From positions 47,984 to 111,983 of the forward strand of contig CAWHHO010000006.1 of the NCBI GenBank assembly GCA_963829135.1: a stretch of 64,000 nucleotides of DNA, written 5' to 3'. Below the pieces are notes generated by a model, which was not told where the DNA came from, ran no database searches, and saw nothing but the letters and a program-made list of their open reading frames with translations. Of the stretch, positions 29,275-41,602 are shown piece after piece. The stretch is from an uncultured Alphaproteobacteria bacterium. GTDB lineage: Bacteria > Pseudomonadota > Alphaproteobacteria > Rhizobiales > Rhizobiaceae. Made by a program: the position numbers and the translations under genes. Every line of letters begins with the position of its first letter. Position 1 is the first letter of the stretch.

Positions 29275-30441
29275 ATGAACATCAAGAGCCTGCTTCTCGG
29301 CTCCGCTGCGGCACTGGTCGCAGTTTCCGGCGCTCGTGCGGCCGACGCAGTTGTCGTCGCTGAGCCGGAGCCTATGGAATATGTGCGCGTCTGCGACGTG
29401 TACGGCACGGGTTTCTACTACATCCCGGGCACTGAAACCTGCCTGAAGGTCAGCGGCTACGTCCGCGTCGACATCAAGGGCGGTGACTTCTTCGAAGACC
29501 GCACGAACGCTACGCACCTTGAGGGCAATGGCGACATCCACAGCTACTGGAGCTACAGCAACCTCGCTCGCTTCCAGCTGCGCGTTGACGCTCGCTCCGA
29601 GACCGAACTTGGCACGCTGCGTTCTTACGCTGCTGTCAATTTCAACTATCAGGACACGGGCGACGCTGAGTTCGATGGCAGCGGGCCGAACGGCAGGGGT
29701 TACGGCGGTTACGACAACGAAGACAACCTCGGCATCGAGCACGCCTATATCGAACTCGGCGGCTTCCGCATCGGTAAGACCGACTCGCTGTTCTCGACCT
29801 TCACCGACTATTCGTCGGGCGTCATGACAGACGGTATCGTTCCTTACGGCCCGTTTGCCACGCTGCAGATCGCCTACACCTACACCGGCGCGAACGGCTT
29901 CTCGGCTGCGATCGCGATGGAACAGGGTGACGAAGACGAAGGCGGCATCTCCGAGGATTACGTTCCGTACGTAGTCGGCGGCGTGTCGTTGACCCAGGGT
30001 TGGGGCAAGGTCGGCGTGGTCGTCGGTTACGACACCTGGCAGGAAGAAGTCGCGATCAAGGGCCGCTTGGACGTCAACCTGACGGAAACCGCTTCGGTGT
30101 TCGTCATGGGCGCCTGGAACTCGGCTGATAGCGACGATCCGATCTCCAATGCCGGTATCGGCGGCGGCCAGAACTTCTATGCTCCTTGGAATGGCGACTG
30201 GGCAATCTGGGGCGGCACGGCCATCAAGTTCAACGAAAAGGCAACCTTCAACGCCGAAGTTGGATATGACGAGGAAGAAGACTTCTCGGTTGCTGCCAAC
30301 ATCGCTTACGAACTGGTGCCGAACTTCACCATCACGCCGGAAGTTGTTTATGCTGACAACTTCAACGACGATGATGATGGCTTTGACGACAACGATGACG
30401 CCGAGTGGGGCGCTCGCATCCGCTTCCAGCGTAACTTCTAA
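29275..30441 (+). CDS. ropA: Alphaproteobacterial porin (Omp2/RopA family)
   Basis: MNIKSLLLGSAAAL, EPMEYVRVCD.YG.GFYYIPGTETCLK, C-terminal RFQRNF. Confidence 0.93.
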   Translation: MNIKSLLLGSAAALVAVSGARAADAVVVAEPEPMEYVRVCDVYGTGFYYIPGTETCLKVSGYVRVDIKGGDFFEDRTNATHLEGNGDIHSYWSYSNLARFQLRVDARSETELGTLRSYAAVNFNYQDTGDAEFDGSGPNGRGYGGYDNEDNLGIEHAYIELGGFRIGKTDSLFSTFTDYSSGVMTDGIVPYGPFATLQIAYTYTGANGFSAAIAMEQGDEDEGGISEDYVPYVVGGVSLTQGWGKVGVVVGYDTWQEEVAIKGRLDVNLTETASVFVMGAWNSADSDDPISNAGIGGGQNFYAPWNGDWAIWGGTAIKFNEKATFNAEVGYDEEEDFSVAANIAYELVPNFTITPEVVYADNFNDDDDGFDDNDDAEWGARIRFQRNF

Positions 30442-30464
30442 TCGGCCCAACCAAGGCTGATAGC

Positions 30465-30499
30465 GAAAACCCGGCGGGCAACCGCCGGGTTTTTTCTTT
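30465..30499 (+). terminator. Rho-independent terminator
   Basis: AAAACCCGGCGG-GCAA-CCGCCGGGTTTTTT. Confidence 0.9.
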
Positions 30500-30586
30500 G
30501 AATGGTTACACGGCGGAGGCCTTGTTGTCCGCCTTCGCCCATCGGGCCTGCCGAAACAGATTCGCGCAATTTCCGCTATGAAGCTA

Positions 30587-31484
30587 TCAGGTCTCAGAAT
30601 CAGGATCGGCAAGCGCTAGAAACCTCGCCAGCGTTTTCGGCAGATCCCCGGTTTCAAGCATCGGCGGGTGGCCCTGGCCGTGGACCGTTATCGCATTCAA
30701 ACGGGGATGCCGCAGCTGCATGGTCGCGACCGTCTCGGGTGAGAGCAAGCGCGAATGCTCGCCTCGAATCACAAGCATCGGAATTTGCTTCAGCGCCTCG
30801 AATTGCTTCCACATTGCGGGAAGCGGCTTCGATAGGTCGAGGCTGGCGAGCGTATTCACCAGATTCGGGTCGTAGTCTGCTACCGGGCGACCGTTCTCTT
30901 CGCGATAGATCGCGGCGACCATCGTGTTCCAGTCCGCTTCGCTCAGCGCCGGAAACGCTTCGCCATGGATTTTGCGCTGGACCCGGAGCGCTTCAGCGAA
31001 ATTTTCGGGTGGCGTAGCTGTTTCGAGATAAGATTTGATATGCGCAAAGCCACTCGCCTCGATGACCGGCCCGATGTCGTTGAACACTATGGCCTTGATT
31101 GAACTCGGTCGGAGTGTGCCCAGCAAGTGGATGATGAGCCCGCCGCGTGAGGTGCCGATGAAGGATGCGGCCGCTATGCCGAGGGCATCAAGCCCGGCCA
31201 GAATATCATCTGCCTCGGTAAGGATGTTGTAGTTCGTCCATTGCGGATCGTAGTCGGAGTTGCCGCGGCCCCGATAGTCGAAAGCGACCACTTGTCTCGG
31301 GGCGTTGCAGGTCATTCGCGAGAATCAGCGCAAGCTCGTGAAAGTCCCGAACATTTCGCGTCAGCCCGGGCAGGCAGACGACAGGTAATCGTTTGGTATT
31401 CAGATTGCCGTAGACCCGGGCATGAAGTTTAAGTCCGTCTTTTGAAGTATAGAAAAAATTGTTGAAATCACCCGAATTGGTCAT
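30587..31484 (-). CDS. Alpha/beta hydrolase; one frameshift at ~31315
   Basis: DGLKLHAR, CLPGLTRN, DYRGRG.S, GTSRGG nucleophile elbow, GHPP. Confidence 0.88.
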
Positions 31485-31647
31485 GCCTGCCGCCGGTTTG
31501 AAGGTTCTGCCTGGGAACTGCATGAAACGGGCCTCTACAAACCGCCTGGGCACCGCCGTGTCCACGACCTGCTTTCTGGCTGGCGCAAGGACACTTCGGC
31601 CAGGCGCAGATGGACCGGGACAAGCTCAAACGATCGTCACCCTGCCT

Positions 31648-33710
31648 TCAGCGGCCGGCGACAAGGTCGTGCTCGATATCGAAAGTCCCGGTCAGGCGCA
31701 TTTTGTAGACCTGATAGTTTTCCATGACACGCTGTACATAGCTCCGCGTTTCCGCAAAGGGAATGTGTTCCACCCAGTCGACGACCGTGTCGATATCCTT
31801 ACCCCGCGGATCGCCATACCGCCTGATCCATTCCTGCGCCCGCTTCGGGCCTGCATTGTATGCAGCAAAGGTAAGTATATACGAACCCTTGAACTCGATC
31901 GAGCTGGCCGCCCAGGAATGTCGCGCCGAGCGTCGCATTGTATCCCGCGTCGGAGGTAAGCCGCATTGCCGAGAAGCTGAGACCGGCTTCTTTCGCGACG
32001 GCTGCGGCGGTAGTCGGCATCAGTTGCAGAAGCCCGCGGGCTCCCGCCTGCGAGACTGCGCCGACATTGAACTCGCTTTCCTGGCGGGCCACTGCATACG
32101 CGAGAGCTTTGCCCGAGGCCGAAATGTCGGCGGACTGAGGAATCGCTCCAACCGGATGCAACAGCGCCCCGGTTTCAATGCCGCGCGTGGCAGCGGCCTT
32201 GGCAATTCTCAATGCCAGATAGTGGTTTCCACGGTTATTCAGCCATCGTCGTCAGCAGTGCTAGCTCCCCTGGGCTGGTGAGCTGGGCGGCCAGTTCCCG
32301 GTAGAGCGTATCCGCCAGACCATTGTATACCGGCAGCCTCCAATCGCTTTATCGCGGCTACGCTTTCACGCCGCGTGGAAAGCCTGCCGATCGGCATCGC
32401 TCGGCAAGGGTGTCGAAGGATTTATTGCGGTCCGCCCGCTTCTTGCCGCGGCAAGCTGGCCATAGAAGGTGGAGCTGAAGACGGCAGCGCGCTGGTAATA
32501 GTCCTCGGCTTTACCCGGGCCGCCTGCTTCGGCGCATCGGCCCAGCCAGTAGTAGGCCCGCGACCGAGAGATTGGCCCATCGGCAATTTCGGCGAGGCGG
32601 GTGAAGTGCTTCGCGCCGGTCGCCGCGTCACCCAGGCCACGCAACGCGTACCACCCTGCGTGAAATTCAGCGTCGACCTGATTGATCGGGCTTTCGGCGG
32701 AGTGCCCCGCGGCCAGGTCATAAGCGGTCTTGGCATCGCCATGATCAAGCAGTTCGCGCGACAGGGCCCGCCGCTCGATCCACCATGCATCGGGATCGAT
32801 GAGCGCCGTCGGGTTTTTGGTGGCCTCCAGCACGACTGTCGCCGCCTCGGAAAATTTCTCGTTTCGCCTGAGGTACTTAGCCTTGGCAAATAGATAGCCC
32901 GGCGAACGCTGTGCGGCTGGAACGGCGTCAAGCAGTTTCCCTGCGGACTTTTGCTTATTGTCCACAGCGACCCACGCGTCGAAAAGCGGTTGTCGCGCCG
33001 GAGCGCTCCGCCAGCGGCCTGGCTGCGTTCAACGCGACCGGTGTAGAGCATCCGTTCCATACGGATGCGGTGATCTGCGGCAGGGATAAGATCGCCGAAC
33101 TCCCTGAGGATCGCAGCCTGTTCATTCGGCTCGAGCTTTTGCACGCGCCACAACGGCAAAAGGGCGGCGAGCGCGTTCTGCTGCTCGCCGAGTGTCACAT
33201 AGGCTCGTCGCCAGAACAATCGCGCCTTGTGCTGATTCGGGCTCGGAGCCGCCTAGCGATCGGATCACGGCTTGCGCATCCGGGTTTTCACGCAGCAGTG
33301 CGCGTTGGCCATTGCGCCGCAAAGCTTCAGCGCCGGGCCAGTCAGGCAACGTCTTGGCGACGACGGATATCTCGGCGCTGGATACCCGCGCTCCACCCTT
33401 GAGTGCGATGACCCACGCGAGAATATGGCGATCGAGAGACGAAACCGGCAGGCGGTCGCGCGATGCGCGAGCGCCGTCAATATCGCCGGAGGTAAACGCA
33501 TCCAGACCGGACTTCAGCAGCGTGATGTCGGAGACGCTTAGTCGATCGGTCTTCGCTGTCGTTCGAACGATCCCGGACGTCGTGTGTCCGTCCAACGGGG
33601 AGCCCATGGCAGGCGCAGCAATCAGATCATCGCCGCCGCTAAGGCAGGACCACGCCAGCTGTTGGAACCGTCCATCAGCTTCCAGGTCCACGGGGTGAGG
33701 AACGTGGCAT
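31648..33710 (-). CDS. Soluble lytic murein transglycosylase (Slt70-like); multiple frameshifts, start uncertain
   Basis: ARQESEF, ARGLLQLMP, AYNAGP, IPFAETRSYVQRV, AEFHAGW, TFYGQLA across ORFs. Confidence 0.88.
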
Positions 33711-33887
33711 GCATCATCATGGATCAGGCCATGAAATGGGTATGAATGAGCGGCGCCGCAATCGCATACTTGGCATTCTTGCCGCTGGTCCATGTCAAGA
33801 CTATGGTACGCCGCCTTGCTTTCCGCTAGAAGGCGCGCCAACCGAAAAGAACAGTGCAATCGAAAGGTTGCGAAGGAGTTTGACCTG

Positions 33888-34769
33888 ATGCTGAGAGGCT
33901 CGTTGACCGCGCTTGTGACCCCATTCGATAAGAATGGCGCGCTGGCCGAGAAAGCTTTTCGCGATCTGGTCGAATGGCAGATTACCGAAGGCACGACCGG
34001 CCTTGTTCCCGTCGGCACCACCGGAGAATCGCCGACGCTTTCGCATGAGGAACATCGCAAGGTGGTGAAGGTCTGCGTCGAGGTCGCGAAGGGCAGAGTG
34101 CCTGTCGTTGCCGGCGCCGGTTCCAACAACACCGAAGAGGCCGTCGGCCTGGCCAAGTATGCCGAGGAAATCGGCGCGGCCGCTGCTCTGGTGGTGACGC
34201 CCTACTACAACAAGCCGACTCAGCGCGGCCTGTACCTGCATTTCGCCACGGTCGCAAAGGCAACCAAGCTGCCGATCATCATTTACAACATCCCACCACG
34301 CTCGGTCATCGACATGACGCCGGAGACGATGGGTCGGCTGGCGAATGACTTTAAGAACATCGTCGGCGTGAAGGATGCCACAGGCAAGGTCGAACGCGTT
34401 TCGGAGCAGCGCATGACCTGCGGCAAGGACTTCATCCAGCTGTCAGGCGAGGACGCTTCCGCCTTGGGCTTCAACGCCCATGGCGGCGTCGGCTGCATTT
34501 CGGTGACGTCGAACGTCGCCCCACGTCTATGCGCGGAGTTTCAGGAGGCGACGCTCTCTAATGACAAGCAGAAGGCGCTCGACCTGCAGGACCGGCTGAT
34601 GCCGCTGCACAAGGCGATTTTTCTGGAGCCGGGGCTGGCGGGCGCGAAGTATGCGCTCTCGCGCCTGGGCCGCGTGGACAACGTGGTGAGGTCGCCGCTT
34701 ACGACGGTCGAAGAATCGACCGCCGAGAAGATCGATGCCGCGATGAAGCATGCCGGGTTGATCAATTGA
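33888..34769 (+). CDS. dapA: 4-hydroxy-tetrahydrodipicolinate synthase
   Basis: GTTGES, PYYNKP, YNIP, GVKDATG. Confidence 0.97.
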   Translation: MLRGSLTALVTPFDKNGALAEKAFRDLVEWQITEGTTGLVPVGTTGESPTLSHEEHRKVVKVCVEVAKGRVPVVAGAGSNNTEEAVGLAKYAEEIGAAAALVVTPYYNKPTQRGLYLHFATVAKATKLPIIIYNIPPRSVIDMTPETMGRLANDFKNIVGVKDATGKVERVSEQRMTCGKDFIQLSGEDASALGFNAHGGVGCISVTSNVAPRLCAEFQEATLSNDKQKALDLQDRLMPLHKAIFLEPGLAGAKYALSRLGRVDNVVRSPLTTVEESTAEKIDAAMKHAGLIN

Positions 34770-34794
34770 GGCAAATGCCCCATCTGACGGCACG

Positions 34795-35274
34795 ATGAAC
34801 CAGATCAGAAAAGCCGATCCGAACAACAAGACCGTCGCGGAAAACCGCAAGGCCCGTTTCTCTTATGAGATTCTGGACACGGTGGAGGCTGGTCTCGTGC
34901 TGAACGGCACGGAGGTAAAATCGCTGCGCCAGGGGCAGGCGAATATCCAGGATGCCTACGCTTCCAACGAAGGCGGCGAAATCTGGCTGATCAATTCGTA
35001 TTTGCCGGAATATCTGCAGGCGAACCGCTTCAATCATGAGCCGCGTCGCCGCCGCAAACTCCTGCTCAACAAACGAGAAATGGCGAAGTTGACGCAAAGC
35101 GTCGAGCGCGAGGGCATGACCATGGTGCCGTTGAAGATCTACTTCAACGACAAAGGCCGGGCCAAGCTGCTTCTCGGCGTCGCCCGCGGCAAGAAGCTGC
35201 ACGACAAGCGCGAAAGCGAAAAGCAGCGTGACTGGTCTCGCGAGAAGGGACGCCTGCTCAAGGAACGCGGCTAG
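34795..35274 (+). CDS. smpB: SsrA-binding protein
   Basis: [29 protein letters not shown]. Confidence 0.97.
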   Translation: MNQIRKADPNNKTVAENRKARFSYEILDTVEAGLVLNGTEVKSLRQGQANIQDAYASNEGGEIWLINSYLPEYLQANRFNHEPRRRRKLLLNKREMAKLTQSVEREGMTMVPLKIYFNDKGRAKLLLGVARGKKLHDKRESEKQRDWSREKGRLLKERG

Positions 35275-35392
35275 AGCGCCCATGGCGATGCTTCAATTCA
35301 GCGACGAAACGCGCCAGGCTCCGACCGTGCATCGAATGGTGGGCGATTTGAGCGATTTGAGCGCGTTGCAATGAGCTCAACCCGCGTGCCGA

Positions 35393-35971
35393 TCAATAGT
35401 CTTCCTCAGCTGGGGCAGGTTCTGTGCGGCGCAGCGGACGCTCGGAAGGATCGCGTCCCACATCGCTCTTCAGCGTGATGAGATCGATGAAGTGGTCGGC
35501 CTGTCGGCGCAGATCGTCCGAGATCATCGGCGGCTGCGAGGCCATGGTCGAAATGATGCTGACCTTGCGTCCTCGCCGCTGCAAAGCCTCCACCAGCGTG
35601 CGGAAGTCTCCGTCACCTGAAAAGATCACATAGTGGTCAACTGTATCAGCCAGTTCGAGCGCATCGACGGTCAACTCGATGTCCATGTTGCCTTTTATCT
35701 TGCGGCGGCCGGTAGAGTCGGTGAATTCCTTGGCCGGCTTGGTGACTACCTTATAGCCATTGTAATCCAGCCAGTCGATCAACGGTCGAATCGACGAATA
35801 TTCCTGATCCTCGATCAGGGCGGTATAATAATAAGCGCGCAGAAGATATCCGCGCTTTTGAAAAGTGCTAAGTAATTTTCTGTAATCGATATCAAATCCC
35901 AACGATCTTGACGTTGCATAGAGGTTGGCGCCATCGATAAACAAGGCGATCTTTTCGCGAGGGTCAAACAT
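35393..35971 (-). CDS. NYN domain protein (LabA/DUF88)
   Basis: FIDGANL, KGNMDIEL, SGDGDF, LRRQADHF. Confidence 0.93.
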   Translation of the reverse strand: MFDPREKIALFIDGANLYATSRSLGFDIDYRKLLSTFQKRGYLLRAYYYTALIEDQEYSSIRPLIDWLDYNGYKVVTKPAKEFTDSTGRRKIKGNMDIELTVDALELADTVDHYVIFSGDGDFRTLVEALQRRGRKVSIISTMASQPPMISDDLRRQADHFIDLITLKSDVGRDPSERPLRRTEPAPAEEDY

Positions 35972-36240
35972 TTCTGCGGAATTCCTTCATCAATAAATTC
36001 TCTGACAATGATTTCTGCGTATCAAATGCGGTAAGCACCATTTTGATATGCGAGCAATGGTGAATGTCCGGATTCCGGGATCAATAGACAAATCAATCGA
36101 TTCACGAACGAACCGACAGGCGCCCTGTTTGTGCCAACATATGGAGCAGTGTTGCGGTCAGAAAAGCTTGTTTTTACCTGACAGTCGGGGTAAGGACCTC
36201 GCCTGTTTTCCATCACTTCCAGGTATGAAAGGGGCAGTTC

Positions 36241-36642
36241 ATGGCCCGCGTAACCGTTGAAGACTGCATCGACAAGGTCGACAACCGCTTCGAACTCGTT
36301 CTCCTCGCCGGCCACCGCGCCCGCCAGATTTCACAGGGAGCAGCGATCACCGTTGCTCGCGACAATGACAAAAATCCGGTTGTCGCGCTACGCGAAATCG
36401 CCGACGAGACGCTCTCGCCCGGCGATTTGAAGGAAGATCTCATCCATTCGCTGCAGAAGCATGTTGAGGTTGACGAGCCCGAGGGCGATGGCGCCGAGAT
36501 TACCGATCAGACCGTTGTCGCCACGGTCGAAGAGGCCGAGCGTGACGACGAAAGCAACGTCACCTTCGACCGGATGTCGGAAGAAGAGCTGCTGGCCGGC
36601 ATCGAAGGCCTGGTTGCGCCGGAAAAAAGCGACGATTTCTAG
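36241..36642 (+). CDS. rpoZ: RNA polymerase omega subunit
   Basis: [26 protein letters not shown]. Confidence 0.98.
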   Translation: MARVTVEDCIDKVDNRFELVLLAGHRARQISQGAAITVARDNDKNPVVALREIADETLSPGDLKEDLIHSLQKHVEVDEPEGDGAEITDQTVVATVEEAERDDESNVTFDRMSEEELLAGIEGLVAPEKSDDF

Positions 36643-36750
36643 GACCACCGGTTGCCCACGGGCTTCCGTGGCCCGCCGTTCGTGGCTATCTATCTCATGC
36701 GCCGTGTCGCCCCGACACGGCGCATGAATTTTTTTGGGAAGCCCTAGGTC

Positions 36751-38984
36751 ATGATGCGTCAATACGAGCTTGTCGAGCGCGTGCAGCGCTACAAGCCCGA
36801 CGTCAACGAGACTCTGCTCAACAAGGCCTATGTCTATGCCATGCAGAAGCATGGCCATCAGAAGCGCGCGTCCGGCGATCCGTATTTTTCGCATCCGTTG
36901 GAAGTCGCCGCGATCCTCACCGACATGCATATGGACGAATCGACCGTTGCCGTCGCCTTGCTGCATGACACGATCGAGGACACCTCGGCCACGCGCCAGG
37001 AGATCGATCAGCTTTTCGGCGCCGATATCGGCAAGCTCGTCGAGGGTCTGACCAAGCTGAAGAAACTCGATCTTGTGTCCCGCAAGGCGGAGCAGGCCGA
37101 AAATCTCCGCAAGCTTCTGCTGGCAATCTCGGAAGATGTCCGCGTCCTGCTGGTGAAGCTCGCAGACCGTTTGCACAATATGCGGACGCTTGACCATATG
37201 CGCGAGGACAAGCGCCTGCGCATTGCCGAAGAGACGATGGAGATCTACGCGCCGCTCGCCGGCCGCATGGGCATGCAGGGCATGCGCGAGGAGCTTGAGG
37301 AACTCGCGTTCCAGTACGTCAATCCCGAAGCCTTCAAGATGGTGACGGCGCGGCTTACGGATATTTTCGAACGCAATCGCGGTGTCGTCGCCGAGATTGA
37401 AAAGTCGCTGTCCCAGTTGTTCGACAAGCGCTCAATCAAGGCAAAGGTGAAGAGCCGCCAGAAGAAGCCTTGGTCGGTGTTCCGGAAGATGGAAGCCAAG
37501 GCGCTGTCGTTCGAGCAGCTGTCGGACATTTTCGGCTTTCGCGTCGTCGTGGATTCCGTTGAGGATTGCTACCGCGCGCTCGGCGCGATCCATACGACCT
37601 GGTCGATGGTCCCGGGCCGTTTCAAGGATTACATCTCGACGCCAAAGTCGAACGATTACCGCTCGATCCATACGACCATTGTCGGTCCGTCGCGACAGCG
37701 CATCGAACTCCAGATTCGCACCGCGCGATATGAACGCGGTCGCCGAATATGGCGTCGCGGCGCATGCGCTCTACAAGGACGGCCGCAAGGTGAACGGCGC
37801 TGGCCATGCGATTTCCAAGGAAACCAATGCTTATGCCTGGCTGCGCAGGACAATCGAACAGCTGGCGGAAGGCGACAACCCAGAGGATTTCCTCGAAAAT
37901 ACCAAGCTGGACCTTTTCCAGGATCAGGTGTTCTGCTTCACCCCCAAGGGCACGCTGATTGCTCTGCCGCGCGGCGCAACACCGATAGATTTTGCCTATG
38001 CCGTTCACACCGAGGTTGGCGATACCTGCGTCGGGGCAAAAATCAACGGCCGCGTCATGCCCTTGATGACCGAATTGAAGAATGGCGATGAAGTCGAGAT
38101 CATCCGCTCGAAGGCGCAGGTTCCGCCTGCTGCGTGGGAATCGATCGTCGTTACCGGCAAGGCTCGGGCCGCCATCCGCCGCGCAACGAAGAATGCGATC
38201 CGCAAGCAGTATTCCGGCTTGGGTGTGCGCATTCTGGAGCGCGTGTTCGCGCGCGCCGGCAAAAAGGAGTTCACCAAGGAGAGCCTGAAGCCGGTATTGG
38301 CGCGGCTGGCCCGCAAGGATATCGAGGACGTGCTTACGGCAGTGGGTCGCGGTGAATTGGCTTCCGCCGACGTCATGAAGGCGGTCTATCCGGACTACAA
38401 GGAGGAGCGCATCACCACGCCGCCGGCCGCAACCGCGCGAAGAAGGCTGGTCAAAGATACGCAATGCGGCAGGCATGCTGTTTCAGATACCCGGCCGCAG
38501 CAGCCGCAAGGAGCGAAAGGAGCAAAAAGCCAGCGGCGCCGTGCCGATCCGTGGCATCAGCGGCGATCTGCCGGTGCGTTTCGCGCCCGATGGCGCGGTG
38601 CCGGGCGACCGAATCGTCGGCATCATGCAGCCTGGCGTCGGCATCACCATTTATCCTATCCAGTCTCCTGCACTGACCGACTTCGACGACCAGCCGGAGC
38701 GTTGGATCGACGTGCGCTGGGATATCGACGAGGGTAACCGCGAGCGCTTTCCCGCCCGTATCTCGGTGACTGCGATCAATGCGCCGGGCTCGCTTGCGGA
38801 GATTGCGCAAGTCGTTGCCGTCAACGACGCCAACATACATTCGCTATCGATGCTTCGTACGGCGCCCGATTTCACGGAAATGCAAATCGACCTTGAGGTT
38901 TGGGATTTGAAGCATCTAAACCGGCTGCTGTCGCAACTGAAGGATTCGGCCGCCGTCAGTGAAGCTAAACGCGTCAATGGCTGA
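36751..38984 (+). CDS. relA: Bifunctional (p)ppGpp synthetase/hydrolase (RelA/SpoT homolog); two apparent frameshifts
   Basis: HD motif [29 protein letters not shown] (DFAYAVHT), C-terminal ACT; breaks at ~37728 and ~38435. Confidence 0.95.
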
Positions 38985-39579
38985 GGTGGTGGGAGAGGGC
39001 ATGGACACCAACGAAGTCCTGGAGATATTTCGCGAGGCCGGTGCAGTGCTCGAAGGGCATTTCATCCTGACATCCGGACTGCGCAGCCCGGTGTTCCTGC
39101 AGAAAGCGCGCGTCTTCATGCATGCCGACAAGACCGAGCGCCTCTGCCGTGCGCTGGCGGACAGGATCCGCGAAGGCGTACCGGGCCGGATCGACTACGT
39201 CGTCGGTCCCGCAGTCGGTGGGCTGATTCCGGCTTACGAGACATCCCGTCATTTGGGCGTGCCAGCGATCTGGGTCGAGCGCGAGCAGGGCGTCTTCAGG
39301 CTTCGCCGCTTCGACATCGAAAAGGGCGCGCGCGTCGTGATCGTCGAGGACATCGTTACGACCGGCCTGTCCATCCGTGAAACCATCACCTGCCTGCGCG
39401 CGCTTGGCGCGGAAGTTGCGGCGGCGGCATGCATCATCGACCGTTCGGCCGGCAAGACCGATGTAGGCGTGCCGTTGGTGGCCCTCGCCGAGTATGAGGT
39501 GCCTGCCTATCCGGCGGATAGCCTCCCGCCAGAACTCGCAGCGATCCCTCCCGTGAAGCCAGGCAGCAGGAATATCTGA
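38977..39579 (+). CDS. pyrE: Orotate phosphoribosyltransferase
   Basis: [12 protein letters not shown] motif [12 protein letters not shown]. Confidence 0.93.
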   Translation: MAEVVGEGMDTNEVLEIFREAGAVLEGHFILTSGLRSPVFLQKARVFMHADKTERLCRALADRIREGVPGRIDYVVGPAVGGLIPAYETSRHLGVPAIWVEREQGVFRLRRFDIEKGARVVIVEDIVTTGLSIRETITCLRALGAEVAAAACIIDRSAGKTDVGVPLVALAEYEVPAYPADSLPPELAAIPPVKPGSRNI

Positions 39580-39635
39580 TTGATGCTGTTGCGAGAGAAC
39601 ACAGACTTTGCCGAATGCCTTGGAGCATCTTATCC

Positions 39636-40047
39636 ATGATTATCGGCATTGGCAGCGATCTGATCGACATACGCCGCATTGCGAGTTCTCTGGATCGCTA
39701 CGGCGAGCGCTTCGTCAAGCGCATCTTCACGGACATTGAACAGTCCAAGGCCGAAGGGCGCCGCGAGCGCGCTGCCACCTATGCAAAGCGCTTCGCCGCC
39801 AAGGAGGCGTGTTCGAAGGCGCTCGGCACCGGCATGTCGCATGGTGTCTTCTGGCGCGACATGGGCGTGGTCAACCTGCCGGGCGGCAAGCCGACGATGC
39901 GGCTGACCGGCGGTGCGGCACAACGGTTGGAGGCGATGCTGCCGGCGGGGCACAAGTGCTCAGATTCACCTGACGATTACCGACGATCACCCGCTTGCTC
40001 AGGCATTTGTGATCATCGAGGCACTACCCGTCGAACAACAGCCATGA
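39636..40047 (+). CDS. acpS: Holo-ACP synthase; apparent frameshift at ~39957
   Basis: [22 protein letters not shown], then [17 protein letters not shown] in the shifted frame. Confidence 0.93.
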
Positions 40048-40125
40048 TTATGGCATCGAAGGCTGCGGCGTGGCGTTGCCCCGCCCGCGGCTAGCAAGTA
40101 TATCGGGATGGATATCGAGGACGAC

Positions 40126-40873
40126 ATGAGCGTGGCTGAAAAAACCGAAAAGAAGTCCGGCGGGCTTGGCGAAGTCGTCAACGTTATCGTCCAGGCGCTG
40201 ATTCTGGCGCTTGTCATTCGCACGCTGCTGTTCCAGCCCTTTTCGATTCCTTCCGGCTCGATGCGTCCGACCCTGCTCGAGGGCGACTATCTGTTCGTCA
40301 CCAAATGGGCCTATGGCTATTCGCACTTTTCCTTGCCGTTTTCGCCCAATCTGTTCTCCGGGCGCATCTGGGGCAGCCCGCCGGAGCGCGGCGATGTTGC
40401 CGTCTTCAAGTTTCCGCCTAACCCTTCGTTGGATTACATCAAGCGCGTGATCGGCCTGCCAGGTGATCGAATTCAAATGAAGAACGGACAGCTTTTCATC
40501 AACGATCAGGGTGTTCCGCGCGAAAAGGTCGGCGAGATCGACAATCCCGACGTTACCGAAGTTGACCATCCTGTCGATGTGTACCGCGAAACCCTGCCGA
40601 ACGGTGTGTCCTACGACACGCTGGATCTGACGCCCAACGGCATGAGCGACGATACCCGCGAGTATATTGTCCCGCCGGACCACTATTTCATGATGGGCGA
40701 CAATCGCGACAACTCTTCGGACAGCCGCGTTTTCGGGTTTCGTGCCCGATGAAAATCTGGTGGGCCGCGCCAACATGATTTTCTTCTCCATCGCAGACAA
40801 GGCAAGCCCGTTCGAAATCTGGAAATGGCCGTCGTCAGTGCGGTTGAGCCGTTTCTTGAATTTCGTTCACTAG
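40126..40873 (+). CDS. lepB: Signal peptidase I; apparent frameshift at ~40740
   Basis: IPSGSM.PTL..GD, YIKRVIGLPGD, MGDNRDNS.DSR, then GFVP.ENLVGRA. Confidence 0.95.
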
Positions 40874-40888
40874 GTGCCGACACTCGCC

Positions 40889-41587
40889 ATGGCGCTCAAA
40901 CGGCCGACCGGGGCTGCGCTCGCCGAGGCGCTGCGCGATCGCATTGGCTATGCCTTTCGCGATCATCAGTTGCTGCAGACGGCGTTGACCCATTCCAGCG
41001 CCGTCCGGGCAACGAGCAACAACGAACGCCTCGAGTTTCTCGGCGATCGGGTGCTTGGATTGGTCGTGGCGGAAATGCTCTTTCGGCTTTTCCCGGACTC
41101 GCGTGAGGGAGACCTTGCTCCGCGCTTCAATGCCCTGGTCGACGCGCGAACGTGCGGGTCGGTTGGGGTGGAGCTCGGCCTCGACGTGCTGATCCGCGCC
41201 GACGCCGCTTTGAAGGCCTTCAAGGGCGGAAGGACGGGCAACTACCTCTCGGATGCGGTCGAGGCGTTGATCGCGGCGATCTATCTGGACGGCGGGATGG
41301 AACCAGCTCGGGCCTTCATCATGCGCTATTGGGAGCGGCGCTCGCTTAGCGTGGTGGATAAGCCGCGCAATCCGAAATCGGAACTTCAGGAATGGATCGC
41401 GCAAAAAAACGGTATGCGGCCTGAATACACGATCGAATCGCGCGAGGGACCCGATCATGAACCCATATTCACCGTCGCCATGACCGTTTCCGGGTATGCG
41501 CCTTCTCGCGCAAGCGGACCATCCCGCCGAGGTGCCGAAGAAGCCGCTGCCGCCGCCTTTCTCATTCGCGAGGGCGTCTGGACATGA
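40889..41587 (+). CDS. rnc: Ribonuclease III
   Basis: NERLEFLGD, dsRBD (PKSELQE, GPDH.P.F). Confidence 0.96.
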   Translation: MALKRPTGAALAEALRDRIGYAFRDHQLLQTALTHSSAVRATSNNERLEFLGDRVLGLVVAEMLFRLFPDSREGDLAPRFNALVDARTCGSVGVELGLDVLIRADAALKAFKGGRTGNYLSDAVEALIAAIYLDGGMEPARAFIMRYWERRSLSVVDKPRNPKSELQEWIAQKNGMRPEYTIESREGPDHEPIFTVAMTVSGYAPSRASGPSRRGAEEAAAAAFLIREGVWT

Positions 41588-41602
41588 AGAAAGACCTGCA
41601 TA

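Noticed and set aside
28969-30612. 547 aa antisense ORF
   Set aside because: Shadow of the strongly codon-biased porin gene
36751-40873. Programmed frameshifting or true pseudogenisation of relA, acpS and lepB
   Set aside because: No consistent slippery sites; indels are scattered window-wide, so sequencing error is more parsimonious
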